Below, in pieces: positions 35,930 to 45,412 of a stretch of 59,013 nucleotides of DNA. Source of the DNA: Candidatus Fermentibacteraceae bacterium (GTDB taxonomy: Bacteria; Fermentibacterota; Fermentibacteria; Fermentibacterales; JCC-6). Under the pieces are notes generated by a model that had not been told where the DNA came from, did not search any database, and saw nothing but the letters and a program-made list of their open reading frames with translations. The position numbers and the translations under genes are program-made. The number at the start of each line of letters is the position of its first letter. Positions within the stretch are counted from its first letter, which is position 1. The DNA lies in assembly GCA_046485185.1 (NCBI GenBank), contig JAWOHL010000045.1:1-59013 (forward strand), written 5' to 3'.

Positions 35930-36958
35930 ATGATCGATATACCGAGTTTTCTCATGAAACTTCTTTCCACCAGGAGCGTTTCGGGCCACACCCGGGAAGC
36001 CCTGGCGCTGGTCGAGGCCGGATTCGCCGGGCTGTCCGTCCCCTTGACGACCCGGACTACGTTGAAGGGCTCATTCATTGCCACGATACAGGGTTCCACC
36101 CCCGAGGGGATCGTGCTGGCGGCCCACCTCGACACCCTCGGAGCAATGGTCAGCAGAATATCCCCCGACGGTACACTCCGCTACAAAACGGTCGGGGGCT
36201 TCACAGCGGGCAGCATCGAAGGCGAGTACTGCCTGGTCGAGACCTTTCAGGGAGAGTTCATCCCTGGCACCATCCTGTTCGACAGAGCTTCCGTGCACGC
36301 GTACGGACAGGAAAAAGCGGCCGCCAAAAGGGAACACGCCGACATGCGCATAAGGCTGGACATGGATGTTTCGGGTGCGGACAACGTGAGGGACCTGGGA
36401 GTTTCAGTGGGGAACTACGTCCATTTCGACCCCAGACCTGTCCTGACAGGTTCGGGCTACATCAAGGGCCGCCACCTCGACGACAAGGCCGGGGTCGCGG
36501 CGCTTGCCGCGGCGGCGGTGGAAATCGCTCAGAGCGGGGAGATACCCCGCAGGACCCTTCACTTCATGTTCACCTCCCATGAAGAGGTGGGGCACGGCGG
36601 AGCGGGATGGTTCCCGCCTGGAGTCAGCGAACTCATCGCCGTGGACATGGGTGTAATGGGCAGCGAGCAGACCGGTTCGGAGAAGAAGGTTTCCATCTGC
36701 ATGGCAGACAGCAACGGTCCGTACAACTACGAGCTCTCACGGCGGCTTATCGATCTGGCGGTAGAGAACGGCATCCCCCACGCGGTGGACACGTACCCGT
36801 TCTACGGTTCCGACACCGCCGCCTCTCTCAGGATGGGGCTGGACGTCAGGCACGCCCTTTTGGGCCCGGGAGTGGACGCAAGTCACGCCGTTGAAAGGAC
36901 CCACCTCGAAGGGATTGCTGCCACCGCAAGGCTTGTGCGCCTTTACTCGCTTTCGTAG
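35930..36958 (+). CDS. M42 family metallo-aminopeptidase
   Basis: AAHLDTLGAMV, RHLDDKAG, HEEVGHG, AVDMG, YGSD, SHAVERTH. Confidence 0.93.
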   Translation: MIDIPSFLMKLLSTRSVSGHTREALALVEAGFAGLSVPLTTRTTLKGSFIATIQGSTPEGIVLAAHLDTLGAMVSRISPDGTLRYKTVGGFTAGSIEGEYCLVETFQGEFIPGTILFDRASVHAYGQEKAAAKREHADMRIRLDMDVSGADNVRDLGVSVGNYVHFDPRPVLTGSGYIKGRHLDDKAGVAALAAAAVEIAQSGEIPRRTLHFMFTSHEEVGHGGAGWFPPGVSELIAVDMGVMGSEQTGSEKKVSICMADSNGPYNYELSRRLIDLAVENGIPHAVDTYPFYGSDTAASLRMGLDVRHALLGPGVDASHAVERTHLEGIAATARLVRLYSLS

Positions 36959-37506
36959 CCCAGGATAAGGTCTGCCGCCGAACCAAGGTCTTCACTTACG
37001 AAATCGGGACGCGGGCTGCCGTCCCTGATTATCTGATCGAGCTGTGCGCCACCTCTGCCGGTGAGGACCAGCACCGTCCTGAGACCGGTCCTGCGGCCAA
37101 GTTCCATGTCAGTTTCAGCGTCGCCCACGATCCAACCGGACCGCTCAGGCAGGGAGAGGCGCATCAGTGCCCTGTCTATCAGCCCCGTTTCGGGCTTTCT
37201 GCACGCGCAGCCGTCCCAGGGGGCGTGGGGACAGTATTCGATCCCTGCGAAGCTGCCGCCTGCACTGCGCATCATCGTGTTCATCCGGTCGTGGATCTTC
37301 GTCAGTTCGGCCTCATCGAAAAAACCCCGGGCTATGCCGGACTGGTTGGTGACAACGATAAGGGGATGTCCCGCAGAACAGAGCCTTGCCATTGCCTTGA
37401 AAACACCGGGCAATGGTATCCACTGCGAAAGGGACCGGACGTAGTCCCTCCGGTTCTCGTTGATCACGCCGTCGCGGTCGAGGAATACGGGCTCGGCTGA
37501 GATCAA
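36943..37506 (-). CDS. gmhB: D-glycero-D-manno-heptose 1,7-bisphosphate phosphatase
   Basis: VFLDRDGVIN, VTNQSGI, CPH....CACRKP, VGD..TD; TTG start overlapping the upstream stop. Confidence 0.92.
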   Translation of the reverse strand: MISAEPVFLDRDGVINENRRDYVRSLSQWIPLPGVFKAMARLCSAGHPLIVVTNQSGIARGFFDEAELTKIHDRMNTMMRSAGGSFAGIEYCPHAPWDGCACRKPETGLIDRALMRLSLPERSGWIVGDAETDMELGRRTGLRTVLVLTGRGGAQLDQIIRDGSPRPDFVSEDLGSAADLILGYESE

Positions 37507-38435
37507 ATGCGGCTCCGGTGGTAGGCGACAAGGTCTTTGAGTCCCTCCTCGAAGGGAATTGTCGGGTTCCACCCGAGGACAGTCCGGGCATGCGTGGCAT
37601 CGAGGCTGACCTTCAGTATCTCTTCGGGAAGGGGAGGACCGTACTCGGGTTTAAGAGCGGTACCTACCAGATCGCGGATCAAAGCATCGAGTTCCTTCAC
37701 GCTGCGCCCCTGACCCCAGCCAATGTTGAATATGCCCCCGGAAAGCCCGGGACGGGAAAGATCCAGGGCGAGGACGTTGGCTCTGGCGATATCGGTGACA
37801 TGTACGTAGTCGCGGAGCTGATCGCCGTCGCCGTTTATCCGGGGAGGAGTTCCGCTGAGGTACTTCACGGTGAAGATGGCGGTGACGCCGGCTTCGCCCC
37901 ACGGGTTCTGCCTTGGGCCGTAGACGTTGGGGTACCTGAGAACGACATAGCCCAGTCCGTAGAGGTGCCTGTAGAGGAACAGGTAATGTTCGACAGTGTG
38001 CTTGCTGACGCCGTAGTGGCAGATCGGGTTCACGGGGTGGTCCTCGCGGACCGGGATGTACTCGGGTTCACCGTAGACCGCGCCGCCGGTGGAGGCGTAG
38101 ACCACCCTTTTGACCCCGGAGGCTCTGGCGGCCTCGAGAATGTTCAGCGTGCCACCGATGTTCACGGACGAATCGAAGACCGGCTCGCGGACCGACCTGC
38201 GAACATCCATTTGCGCCGCATGATGGCAGATCGCGTCGAACCCTCCGGCAAGGACTGCCTCGTGGGCTTCGCGGGTTCGGATGTCCATCTCGAGGAAGCC
38301 CGCCGCCGGATTGATGTTCCGGGCGAAACCCGTGGACAGATCATCCATCACAACAACGTCATGGCCAAGACCAAGCAGGTGGTCGGTGATGTTGGAGCCG
38401 ATGAAACCCGCCCCGCCCGTGACAAGGATACGCAT
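37503..38435 (-). CDS. NAD-dependent epimerase/dehydratase (UDP-glucose 4-epimerase-like)
   Basis: MRILVTGGAGFIGS, ASTGGAVYG, YGVSK, NVYGPRQ; GGAGG RBS. Confidence 0.93.
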   Translation of the reverse strand: MRILVTGGAGFIGSNITDHLLGLGHDVVVMDDLSTGFARNINPAAGFLEMDIRTREAHEAVLAGGFDAICHHAAQMDVRRSVREPVFDSSVNIGGTLNILEAARASGVKRVVYASTGGAVYGEPEYIPVREDHPVNPICHYGVSKHTVEHYLFLYRHLYGLGYVVLRYPNVYGPRQNPWGEAGVTAIFTVKYLSGTPPRINGDGDQLRDYVHVTDIARANVLALDLSRPGLSGGIFNIGWGQGRSVKELDALIRDLVGTALKPEYGPPLPEEILKVSLDATHARTVLGWNPTIPFEEGLKDLVAYHRSRI

Positions 38436-38475
38436 GTTGTAAACCTCCCTGGTGCAATGGGCGAAGATAAGCAAG

Positions 38476-38504
38476 TGGACAGCGCGTGGCCAAACGGTCA
38501 TCTT
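38476..38504 (+). promoter_or_regulatory. Putative promoter for the ddl-lpx operon, overlapping a divergent one
   Basis: TGGACA - 17 nt - CATCTT; TATCTT on the minus strand at 38469-38464. Confidence 0.45.
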
Positions 38505-38527
38505 TGCCCAATACCACGGAGGTGTTC

Positions 38528-39541
38528 ATGAATGTGCTTGTTGTCTCCGGCGGAAGGTCAGCGGAGAGGGATGTTTCTCTGGTATCCGGCGCCTGGGTGC
38601 GAAAAGTTCTTGCCGAATCCGGCCATTCTGTGCTGGATCTGAGGATCGGTCCCGGGGGCGATTGGACCCTCTACGGTGAACCTCTGTCCATCTGTGCGGG
38701 GGAATGTCCCTGGAAGCTCTTATCCGACGGGTCCGAGTTGCCTTTCGATGTGGTCTTCCCGGTACTGCACGGCCCGTTCGGCGAGGACGGTACCGTCCAG
38801 GGGCTCTGCGAAACTGCGGGATGGCCCTACGCAGGTGTTCCGGTGATGGGGTGCGCCGTTGCCATGGACAAACAGACAATGAGGCTTCTGGCCCGTGATG
38901 CGGGCCTTCCCCTTTTGCCCTGGGTTTTCACCGACGGGTCGGAGGACCTGCTGCTCTTCGTCGAGCAGGCCATGCACCTGGGATCGACCCTGTTCGTGAA
39001 GCCCTCCAGAATGGGCTCGAGCGTGGGGATAAGCAGGGCCGAAGGCAGGGATCAGCTCCTTGCGGCCATCGAAGCCGCTTCGCGTTACGATGGAAGGATA
39101 GTCGTGGAGCGTGCTCTCTCATCCCCCAGGGAAATAGAGGTGAGCGTGCTTGGAACCGGGGAACATGTTGAAGCGTCGGTTCCCGGCGAGATCGTCCCCG
39201 GGAGGGAATGGTACGACTACAGCGCCAAGTACCAGTGTGACGACTCAAGACTTGTTATCCCCGCCGACCTTCCGGAAACCACGGCCCTGAACCTGGGGCT
39301 GATGGCCCGTGCCGCCTTCAGGCTTCTGGGCGGCACCGGTTTCGCGAGGGTGGATTTCCTTGTGGACAGGGTCACCGGCGAGGTCTTCTTCAACGAGGTC
39401 AACACCATCCCGGGCTTCACCTCCATAAGCATGTTCCCAAAGCTCTGGAACGCTTCGGGGCTCTCCTCCGGAAAGCTTCTCGACGCCATTCTCTCCGAGG
39501 CCATTTCCCGGCCGCTCACCGGAACTGCGGCGAAACCATGA
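38528..39541 (+). CDS. ddl: D-alanine--D-alanine ligase
   Basis: GGRSAERDVS, LHGPFGEDG, MDK, GSSVGI, WYDYSAKY, NEVNTIPGFT. Confidence 0.96.
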   Translation: MNVLVVSGGRSAERDVSLVSGAWVRKVLAESGHSVLDLRIGPGGDWTLYGEPLSICAGECPWKLLSDGSELPFDVVFPVLHGPFGEDGTVQGLCETAGWPYAGVPVMGCAVAMDKQTMRLLARDAGLPLLPWVFTDGSEDLLLFVEQAMHLGSTLFVKPSRMGSSVGISRAEGRDQLLAAIEAASRYDGRIVVERALSSPREIEVSVLGTGEHVEASVPGEIVPGREWYDYSAKYQCDDSRLVIPADLPETTALNLGLMARAAFRLLGGTGFARVDFLVDRVTGEVFFNEVNTIPGFTSISMFPKLWNASGLSSGKLLDAILSEAISRPLTGTAAKP

Positions 39542-40566
39542 GAACCATCTGCGACCTTCGAAGCGATACAGTCAGTGTTCCCTGCGAGGCCATGCGCAGG
39601 GCAATGGCTGAAGCCCCCGTGGGGGACGACGTCTTCGGCGAAGACCCCAGTGTGAACCTTCTTGAATCGAAAACGGCAGAGCTTCTGGGCAAGGAGTCCG
39701 CCGTTTTCGTGCCCACGGGCACAATGGCGAACGGGATCGCCGTGCGCGCGCTGGTCTCACCGGGTGACGAGGTCCTGTGCGGGGCCCGAAGCCATGTCTT
39801 CAACTTCGAGGGAGGGCAGTTCGCCCTGAACGGCGGAATTCAGCTCCACCCCCTTGATGAGACGCCCGGGGGCACTCCCGAACCTTCCATTATCGAAGCG
39901 CTGCTCGGCCGCAGGACCGACATCCACAACGCTCCCCGGACACTGGTGGCGCTGGAGGACACGCACAACATGCTCGGGGGGGTCATCTGCTCACGGCACT
40001 CCGTTGAACGTATTCGCCTTGCCGCCGTTGAGGCGGGCGTGCCGCTCTACCTCGACGGTGCCAGGTTCTGGCACGTGGCAGAGCCTTCCGAGCTCGCTGC
40101 ACTCGCCGCGGCTTTCACAGGGCTCTCAGTTTGCTTCTCCAAGGCTTTGGGCTGTCCCGTTGGTTCCATGGTGGCCGGTCCCCCGGCCTTCGTGGAAAGG
40201 GCTCGCTGGTTCAGAAAGAGGATGGGGGGCGGAATGCGTCAGGCCGGGATACTGGCCGGAGCCTGCCTCTGGGCGCTCGACAACAACCTGCCCAGGCTCC
40301 CCGAGACGCACGGAATGTGCTCACGGCTCGCCCGGGCCGTCAATATGTCGAAGGTGCTCTCGTGCGATACGAAGCTCTTTCCCACTAACATCCTCATGGC
40401 CGATGTCATTTCGGGGAACGCCATGAAGGCAGCTCTTGACCTTGAAAAAGCGGGAGTCCGGGTGCTGCCCGTGGGTCCCAAAAGAATAAGGCTTGTCACA
40501 CACCTGTCTCTCGGTGAGCTCGAGATCTCGCACGCCGAAGAGGTCCTGTCAGGTTACGGAGGTTAG
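39538..40566 (+). CDS. ltaE: Low-specificity L-threonine aldolase
   Basis: DLRSDT, VGDDVFGED, GTMAN, LDGAR, FSKALG (PLP lysine), GGGMRQAG. Confidence 0.93.
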   Translation: MRTICDLRSDTVSVPCEAMRRAMAEAPVGDDVFGEDPSVNLLESKTAELLGKESAVFVPTGTMANGIAVRALVSPGDEVLCGARSHVFNFEGGQFALNGGIQLHPLDETPGGTPEPSIIEALLGRRTDIHNAPRTLVALEDTHNMLGGVICSRHSVERIRLAAVEAGVPLYLDGARFWHVAEPSELAALAAAFTGLSVCFSKALGCPVGSMVAGPPAFVERARWFRKRMGGGMRQAGILAGACLWALDNNLPRLPETHGMCSRLARAVNMSKVLSCDTKLFPTNILMADVISGNAMKAALDLEKAGVRVLPVGPKRIRLVTHLSLGELEISHAEEVLSGYGG

Positions 40567-40567
40567 G

Positions 40568-41494
40568 ATGAGGGCGGGAGTCGCGGGGGTAGGTCACCTT
40601 GGTTTTCACCATGCAAGGCTTCTCAAGGGGATAGCGGATCATGTAACGGTTTTCGACACCGATCCGGAGAGGCTTTCGAAGGTCTCTTCCGAACTGGGTG
40701 TGGAAGCCGCGGGAAGCCTTGAAGAGCTGATGCGTTCGGTCGATGCCATGGTGGTGGCATGCCCGACCGTCGGGCACCATCAGGTTGCCCGGAAAGCGCT
40801 GAGCATGGGTGTTCCGGTTCTGGTTGAAAAGCCGGTGGCCGCCACTGTGGCCGAAGCGGCTGATCTCGTGGCCCTTGCGGCGAATTCGGGGCTGGTTCTC
40901 GCCGTGGGTCATGTGGAGCGTTTCAATCCAGCCATGACAGCCGCCATGGAGCACATTCACAGACCTCTCTACATCGAGGCCAACCGCCTTTCCCCCTTCA
41001 CTCCCAGGTGCACCGACGTCAGCGTCGTGATGGACCTGATGATTCACGACATCGACCTCGTCCTCAGCCTGATAAGGTCCCCGGTGGCGGACATTCAGGC
41101 TTCCGGCGTCCCCGTCCTGACCGGAACGGTTGACATCGCAGGCGCCCGGATCGCCTTTCAGGACGGCTCTTCAGCCGTGATCAACGCCAGCAGGATCTCC
41201 CTTGAACAGGTCAGGAAACTCAGGGTGTTTCAGGAGGGCGGCTACGTTTCAGTGGACTTCGGTGCCAAGACCGTTCACGCCCTCTCCATTTCGGGGGGGG
41301 CCATCATTCCCGTACCAGTGGTGGTGACCGATCACAACGCCCTGGAGATGGAACTCAGGGATTTCCTGATGGCCGTGGAGAGCGGCGGGGAACCGGCAAT
41401 AACGGGCGCCGATGGCCTGAGAGCCCTGGAAACCGCCGAAACGGTGCTCAGAAAATCCGCCGAGAGCTTTCAAAGGATACGGGAGTCCAGATGA
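40568..41494 (+). CDS. Gfo/Idh/MocA oxidoreductase, GnnA-like (UDP-GlcNAc 3-dehydrogenase candidate)
   Basis: GVGHLG..H, VEKP, VGHVERFNP, DLMIHDID, ASRIS; directly upstream of lpxB. Confidence 0.85.
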   Translation: MRAGVAGVGHLGFHHARLLKGIADHVTVFDTDPERLSKVSSELGVEAAGSLEELMRSVDAMVVACPTVGHHQVARKALSMGVPVLVEKPVAATVAEAADLVALAANSGLVLAVGHVERFNPAMTAAMEHIHRPLYIEANRLSPFTPRCTDVSVVMDLMIHDIDLVLSLIRSPVADIQASGVPVLTGTVDIAGARIAFQDGSSAVINASRISLEQVRKLRVFQEGGYVSVDFGAKTVHALSISGGAIIPVPVVVTDHNALEMELRDFLMAVESGGEPAITGADGLRALETAETVLRKSAESFQRIRESR

Positions 41495-42570
41495 GACTGC
41501 TGATGTGCGCCGGCGAGCCATCCGGCGACATCAGGGGCGGCGAACTGCTCAGGGCGCTCAGCTCTGGAACGGCCGTTGAAGCCTTCGGGATGGGGGGCGA
41601 TTCGATGGCTGCGGAAGGGATGGAAACTGTCCTGAACATCAGGCAGCTTTCCGTCATGGGCTTCACCGAGGTGTTGCGCTCACTTCCCAGGGTGTTTGCC
41701 GCGGAAAGGGAACTCAAGCGTCTGGTCCTTTCAAGGAACCCCGACGCACTGGTACTGGTTGACTACCCGGGCTTCAACATGCGTCTCGGCGCGTGGGCCC
41801 GGGCAAGGGGCATACCTGTGGTGCAGTACATCGCCCCCCAGACGTGGGCATGGGGAGCGTGGAGAACCCGAAAACTGGCGAAGTCCTGCAGCCTGCTTCT
41901 CGTGATACTTCCCTTCGAGGAGGATTATTTCAGGCAAAGGGGGATCAATTCCCTGTACACGGGGCACCCGCTGGCCGACCAGATCCCGGTTACCTTCCCG
42001 GAACCCCGGGGGGCCGTACGGATAGCCCTGCTGCCGGGAAGCCGTGGACAGGAGGTGACCAGGCTGCTTCCGGAGATGGTTGCCGCCTTTCGAATACTTC
42101 AGGCCGGGGGTGAGGTTTCGGGCGCCTCGATCGCCGTCTCGGAATCGGTCGATCCTGGCGCCTACCCCTCGCCCGGAAACGGGCTCGAACTGGCGGGGGG
42201 AACCGCCGGAGCCCTTCAGAACGCATCGGCCGCCCTGGTGTGCTCCGGGACGGCAACCCTCGAAACCGCCATGCACGGAGTGCCCCAGGTCATCTGTTAC
42301 AAAACTGGGCGGGTGAACTTCCTTCTCGCGAAGCTGCTGGTCAGGGGCGTGGGCAGGATAGGGCTCGCCAACCTTGTGGCGGGGGCCGACATAGCTACAG
42401 AGCTCCTGCAGGGCAGTGCGACAGCGCGAATCATGGCACAGACCCTGAGCGAAACCCTCCGCGATCCTTCCCGCCGCAGCGCCACCGAAACGGTCAGGCT
42501 CAGGCTGGGCCCTCCGGGCGGGGCCGGCAGGGCAGCCGAAGCGGTGATCCGTTTTCTGGAGTCGGGATGA
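41491..42570 (+). CDS. lpxB: Lipid A disaccharide synthase
   Basis: AGEPSGD, VMGFTEV, DYPGFN, PQTWAW, ILPFE, GHPL, LPGSR, SGTATLE. Confidence 0.96.
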   Translation: MRLLMCAGEPSGDIRGGELLRALSSGTAVEAFGMGGDSMAAEGMETVLNIRQLSVMGFTEVLRSLPRVFAAERELKRLVLSRNPDALVLVDYPGFNMRLGAWARARGIPVVQYIAPQTWAWGAWRTRKLAKSCSLLLVILPFEEDYFRQRGINSLYTGHPLADQIPVTFPEPRGAVRIALLPGSRGQEVTRLLPEMVAAFRILQAGGEVSGASIAVSESVDPGAYPSPGNGLELAGGTAGALQNASAALVCSGTATLETAMHGVPQVICYKTGRVNFLLAKLLVRGVGRIGLANLVAGADIATELLQGSATARIMAQTLSETLRDPSRRSATETVRLRLGPPGGAGRAAEAVIRFLESG

Positions 42571-44339
42571 GGTTCCCGGTCACCGCCGCCCGGATACTTG
42601 TGACCCTTCTCGGCAGGACGTGGCGCATTGAGACACTGAAAGCCACTGCGGACCTGCCCGGTGAAAGGGTTCTCTATTCGCTGTGGCATGGCAGCCAGCT
42701 CCCGCTTCTTTTCACTCACAGAGATCAGGGGTTGAAAGTACTTGTCAGTCGAAGCCGCGACGGCGGGATCCTGGCGGCTCTGCTCCACTCCATTGGCTAC
42801 GGGACGGTCAGGGGCAGTTCATCCAGGGGAGGGGCTCAGGCAGTGGCGGACCTCTGCGCAGCCCTGCAACTGAAAACCTGCGCCATTACGCCGGATGGCC
42901 CCAGGGGTCCCCGGGAGGTCCCGAAAGACGGGCTTTTCATTGTGGCTAAAAGGGCCGGCGTCCCCGTGAAGGCAATAGGGGCCGCAGCTTGGCCGGCCCT
43001 CAGGCTTTCAAGCTGGGACAGGTTCCTTGTTCCTCTGCCCTTCTGCAGGGTGACTGTGGCCGAGGGTGTTCCGATCCCTCCTGGAAGGCTTTCCCGCGTC
43101 TCGGTCAACGCGGAGATGGGCAGGGTCTCAGCCCTTGCGGAACTCGCGGTCTCACCCGTGGCCGGAATCCAGGCGTTCGCGGCGGGAGCCGCAGCGGCAC
43201 TTGCGCTTCCAGTCCTCTGCTTCCGCCCCCGCCGTGAGCGGAAGGAAAGGCTCGGGTACGCGCCGGTTGGCACTTCCAGTCCCGCATGGCTTCACGGCTC
43301 ATCGCTCGGGGAGCTGAGGGGGCTTCTTCCCGTGGCTTCCATTCTGGCCTCCCGGGGAGTGCCGGTGCATGTCACATGCTTCACCCCCTCCGGAAGGGAT
43401 TTCATTGACCGAGAGGGGTTCACAGGCAGCTTCCTTCCGCTTGACACCCCATCGTGCGTCCGGAGGTTCCTCTTCCGCGTGAAACCCAGGTGCCTGATCC
43501 TCGCCGAGACCGAATTGTGGCCCTGCCTTCTCAGGGAAACCGTGCTTGCCGGCATACCCGCAGGCATGGTAAACGCCAGGATGGGAAGCAAGGGTCATAA
43601 ACGGTATACCCCCATAAGAAGAACACTTGCCGGTTCCCTCTCATGCTTTGCCGGAATACTCGCCCGCACCGATAACGACGCAGCGGCATTCAGGAGCCTG
43701 GGGGTCAGACCGGGGATAGTAACCGTTGCGGGCGATGGCAAGGCCGCGGTGGCTCCCGAAGGTCCCGAACCCTGCTGGAGCCGAATGCTGCTTCCAGACC
43801 GTGATTATGTCGTTGCAGGTTCAACAAGGCCCGGCGAGGAGGAGTTCGTCCTCAAAGCAGCTGCTCTGGCCGGGATGGGGGTCATTCTGGCTCCAAGACA
43901 CGCGGAAAGGGTCGGGGAGGCCCTTGCGGCAGCCACAGCCCTGGGATTCACGCCGGGGCTCTTCAGCCGGGCGGACGGTCCCTCAGATTGCATGGTGATA
44001 GACACACAGGGAGTGCTTTCGCGAGTTTACGCGCTGGGTAAGGCAGCTTTCCTCGGGGGTACGGTCGCACCCGTCGGCGGCCACAACATACTCGAGCCGC
44101 TGAGCCAGGGTCTTCCGGTCGTTGTGGGCCCCCATCACGGCAATCACGGTATGATTGTGGCGGAAGGTGTTGAACGCGGTATCGTGGGGGTGGCGCTCAC
44201 CCCCGAAGAGATGGCCGGCATCCTCATGAAATGGAGCGGGTCGCCGGACCTTTCCGGTATCGCGGTTGAACTGGCTTCGGCCGGAAGCCTTCATTTTCAG
44301 CGCGAATTGTCAGCCCTGCTGGAAGGATTGATGCTTTGA
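42567..44339 (+). CDS. waaA: Fusion of DUF374 (acyltransferase-like) and Kdo transferase WaaA
   Basis: N-terminal WHG, SRSRDG, RGSSSRGG, TPDGPRGP, SWDRF..P.PF; C-terminal WLHGSSLGE, ETELWP, AGST, APRH, GGHNILEP; one uninterrupted frame. Confidence 0.88.
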   Translation: MRFPVTAARILVTLLGRTWRIETLKATADLPGERVLYSLWHGSQLPLLFTHRDQGLKVLVSRSRDGGILAALLHSIGYGTVRGSSSRGGAQAVADLCAALQLKTCAITPDGPRGPREVPKDGLFIVAKRAGVPVKAIGAAAWPALRLSSWDRFLVPLPFCRVTVAEGVPIPPGRLSRVSVNAEMGRVSALAELAVSPVAGIQAFAAGAAAALALPVLCFRPRRERKERLGYAPVGTSSPAWLHGSSLGELRGLLPVASILASRGVPVHVTCFTPSGRDFIDREGFTGSFLPLDTPSCVRRFLFRVKPRCLILAETELWPCLLRETVLAGIPAGMVNARMGSKGHKRYTPIRRTLAGSLSCFAGILARTDNDAAAFRSLGVRPGIVTVAGDGKAAVAPEGPEPCWSRMLLPDRDYVVAGSTRPGEEEFVLKAAALAGMGVILAPRHAERVGEALAAATALGFTPGLFSRADGPSDCMVIDTQGVLSRVYALGKAAFLGGTVAPVGGHNILEPLSQGLPVVVGPHHGNHGMIVAEGVERGIVGVALTPEEMAGILMKWSGSPDLSGIAVELASAGSLHFQRELSALLEGLML

Positions 44340-45412
44340 ACCTGCAGCGCATCCACGGAAGAATAGCGCGGAGGGAGGGCCGATGGGCGTACCTCGTCTG
44401 GCTTCTGGCGCCCCTTTCCTGGGCATGGAGCGCGGGCAACCGCGCGGCCAGGTTCCTGCGAGACATCCATCCGTCGGGCGCCACACGCATTCCAGCAGTC
44501 GTCGTCAGTGTCGGGAACATAGAAATGGGCGGAGTGGGTAAAACACCGGTCACCATGTGGCTGGGCGAGAGGCTCTCCAGAATGGGCATCAGGACGGCGA
44601 TCGTGGCCAGAAACCTTGCAGTGTCCCGGGGGCGGCCCGTGGCGGTCCTGCCCGGTTCGTCAGGCGGAGGCGTTCCCCTCAGTGACGAGGCTCTTATGAT
44701 GGGCGCAAGGCTCCATCCACGGTGCAGGGTCTTCGCCGGTCCCGACAAGACCGAAACCGCGCTCAGGGCCTTTCACGAGACCGCTCCCCAGGTGATAGTC
44801 ATCGACGACGGCTTTCAGCACTTGGGACTTCACCGAGACCTGGAAGTTGTGGTCCTCAACGCCCGGCACCCTTTCGGCATCGGGGGCGTCTTTCCACTTG
44901 GAACCCTCAGGGAACCTCCCGGAGTGATATCGCGGGCGGATTTCCTCTGGCTTAACAGGGCTTCGAGCGGAGCCACCGAGAAACTGGCGAGAAGGCTTTC
45001 CGCACAGAGGAACTGGAAAGCTCCATTCATAGCGAGCACGGTGGTCCCCCAAAAGCCCAGGGAACCTGACGGAACCGATGCCGCTCCCTGCAGGGTCGTG
45101 GCATTTGCCGGGATCGGAAGGCCCGAGTCCTTCCGTGAGACCCTTGCGGAGGCTGGGTTCGAGGTGGCGGAATTCTTTGAGTTTCCCGATCACTGGAACT
45201 ATACCGCCGATGACACGGGTACTCTTCTTGAAGCACTCAGGATTGCCCGGGCCGATCGGCTCGTGACAACGGAAAAGGACGCCGCCAGGCTGGGCAGGAA
45301 GGGGTTGCGGCTTTTGAACCCCCTGGTGCTCCCGGTAACCCTCTCGGTTGATGGCGCCGGGGAAGAACTGCTTGGGCGGATCCTTGACCTCGTGGAGGAA
45401 AGGGAGCGTTGA
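44336..45412 (+). CDS. lpxK: Tetraacyldisaccharide 4'-kinase
   Basis: SVGNIEMGGVGKTP, DE, IDDGFQH, G.LRE, GIGRP..F, FPDH, TTEKD. Confidence 0.95.
   Translation: MNLQRIHGRIARREGRWAYLVWLLAPLSWAWSAGNRAARFLRDIHPSGATRIPAVVVSVGNIEMGGVGKTPVTMWLGERLSRMGIRTAIVARNLAVSRGRPVAVLPGSSGGGVPLSDEALMMGARLHPRCRVFAGPDKTETALRAFHETAPQVIVIDDGFQHLGLHRDLEVVVLNARHPFGIGGVFPLGTLREPPGVISRADFLWLNRASSGATEKLARRLSAQRNWKAPFIASTVVPQKPREPDGTDAAPCRVVAFAGIGRPESFRETLAEAGFEVAEFFEFPDHWNYTADDTGTLLEALRIARADRLVTTEKDAARLGRKGLRLLNPLVLPVTLSVDGAGEELLGRILDLVEERER

Noticed and set aside
38528-39541. VanA-type D-Ala-D-Lac ligase
   Set aside because: Omega loop YDYSAKY is D-Ala-D-Ala type; no van genes nearby
39538-40566. GnnB aminotransferase partner of the GnnA-like gene
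   Set aside because: Carries clear threonine aldolase motifs, not DegT/DnrJ motifs
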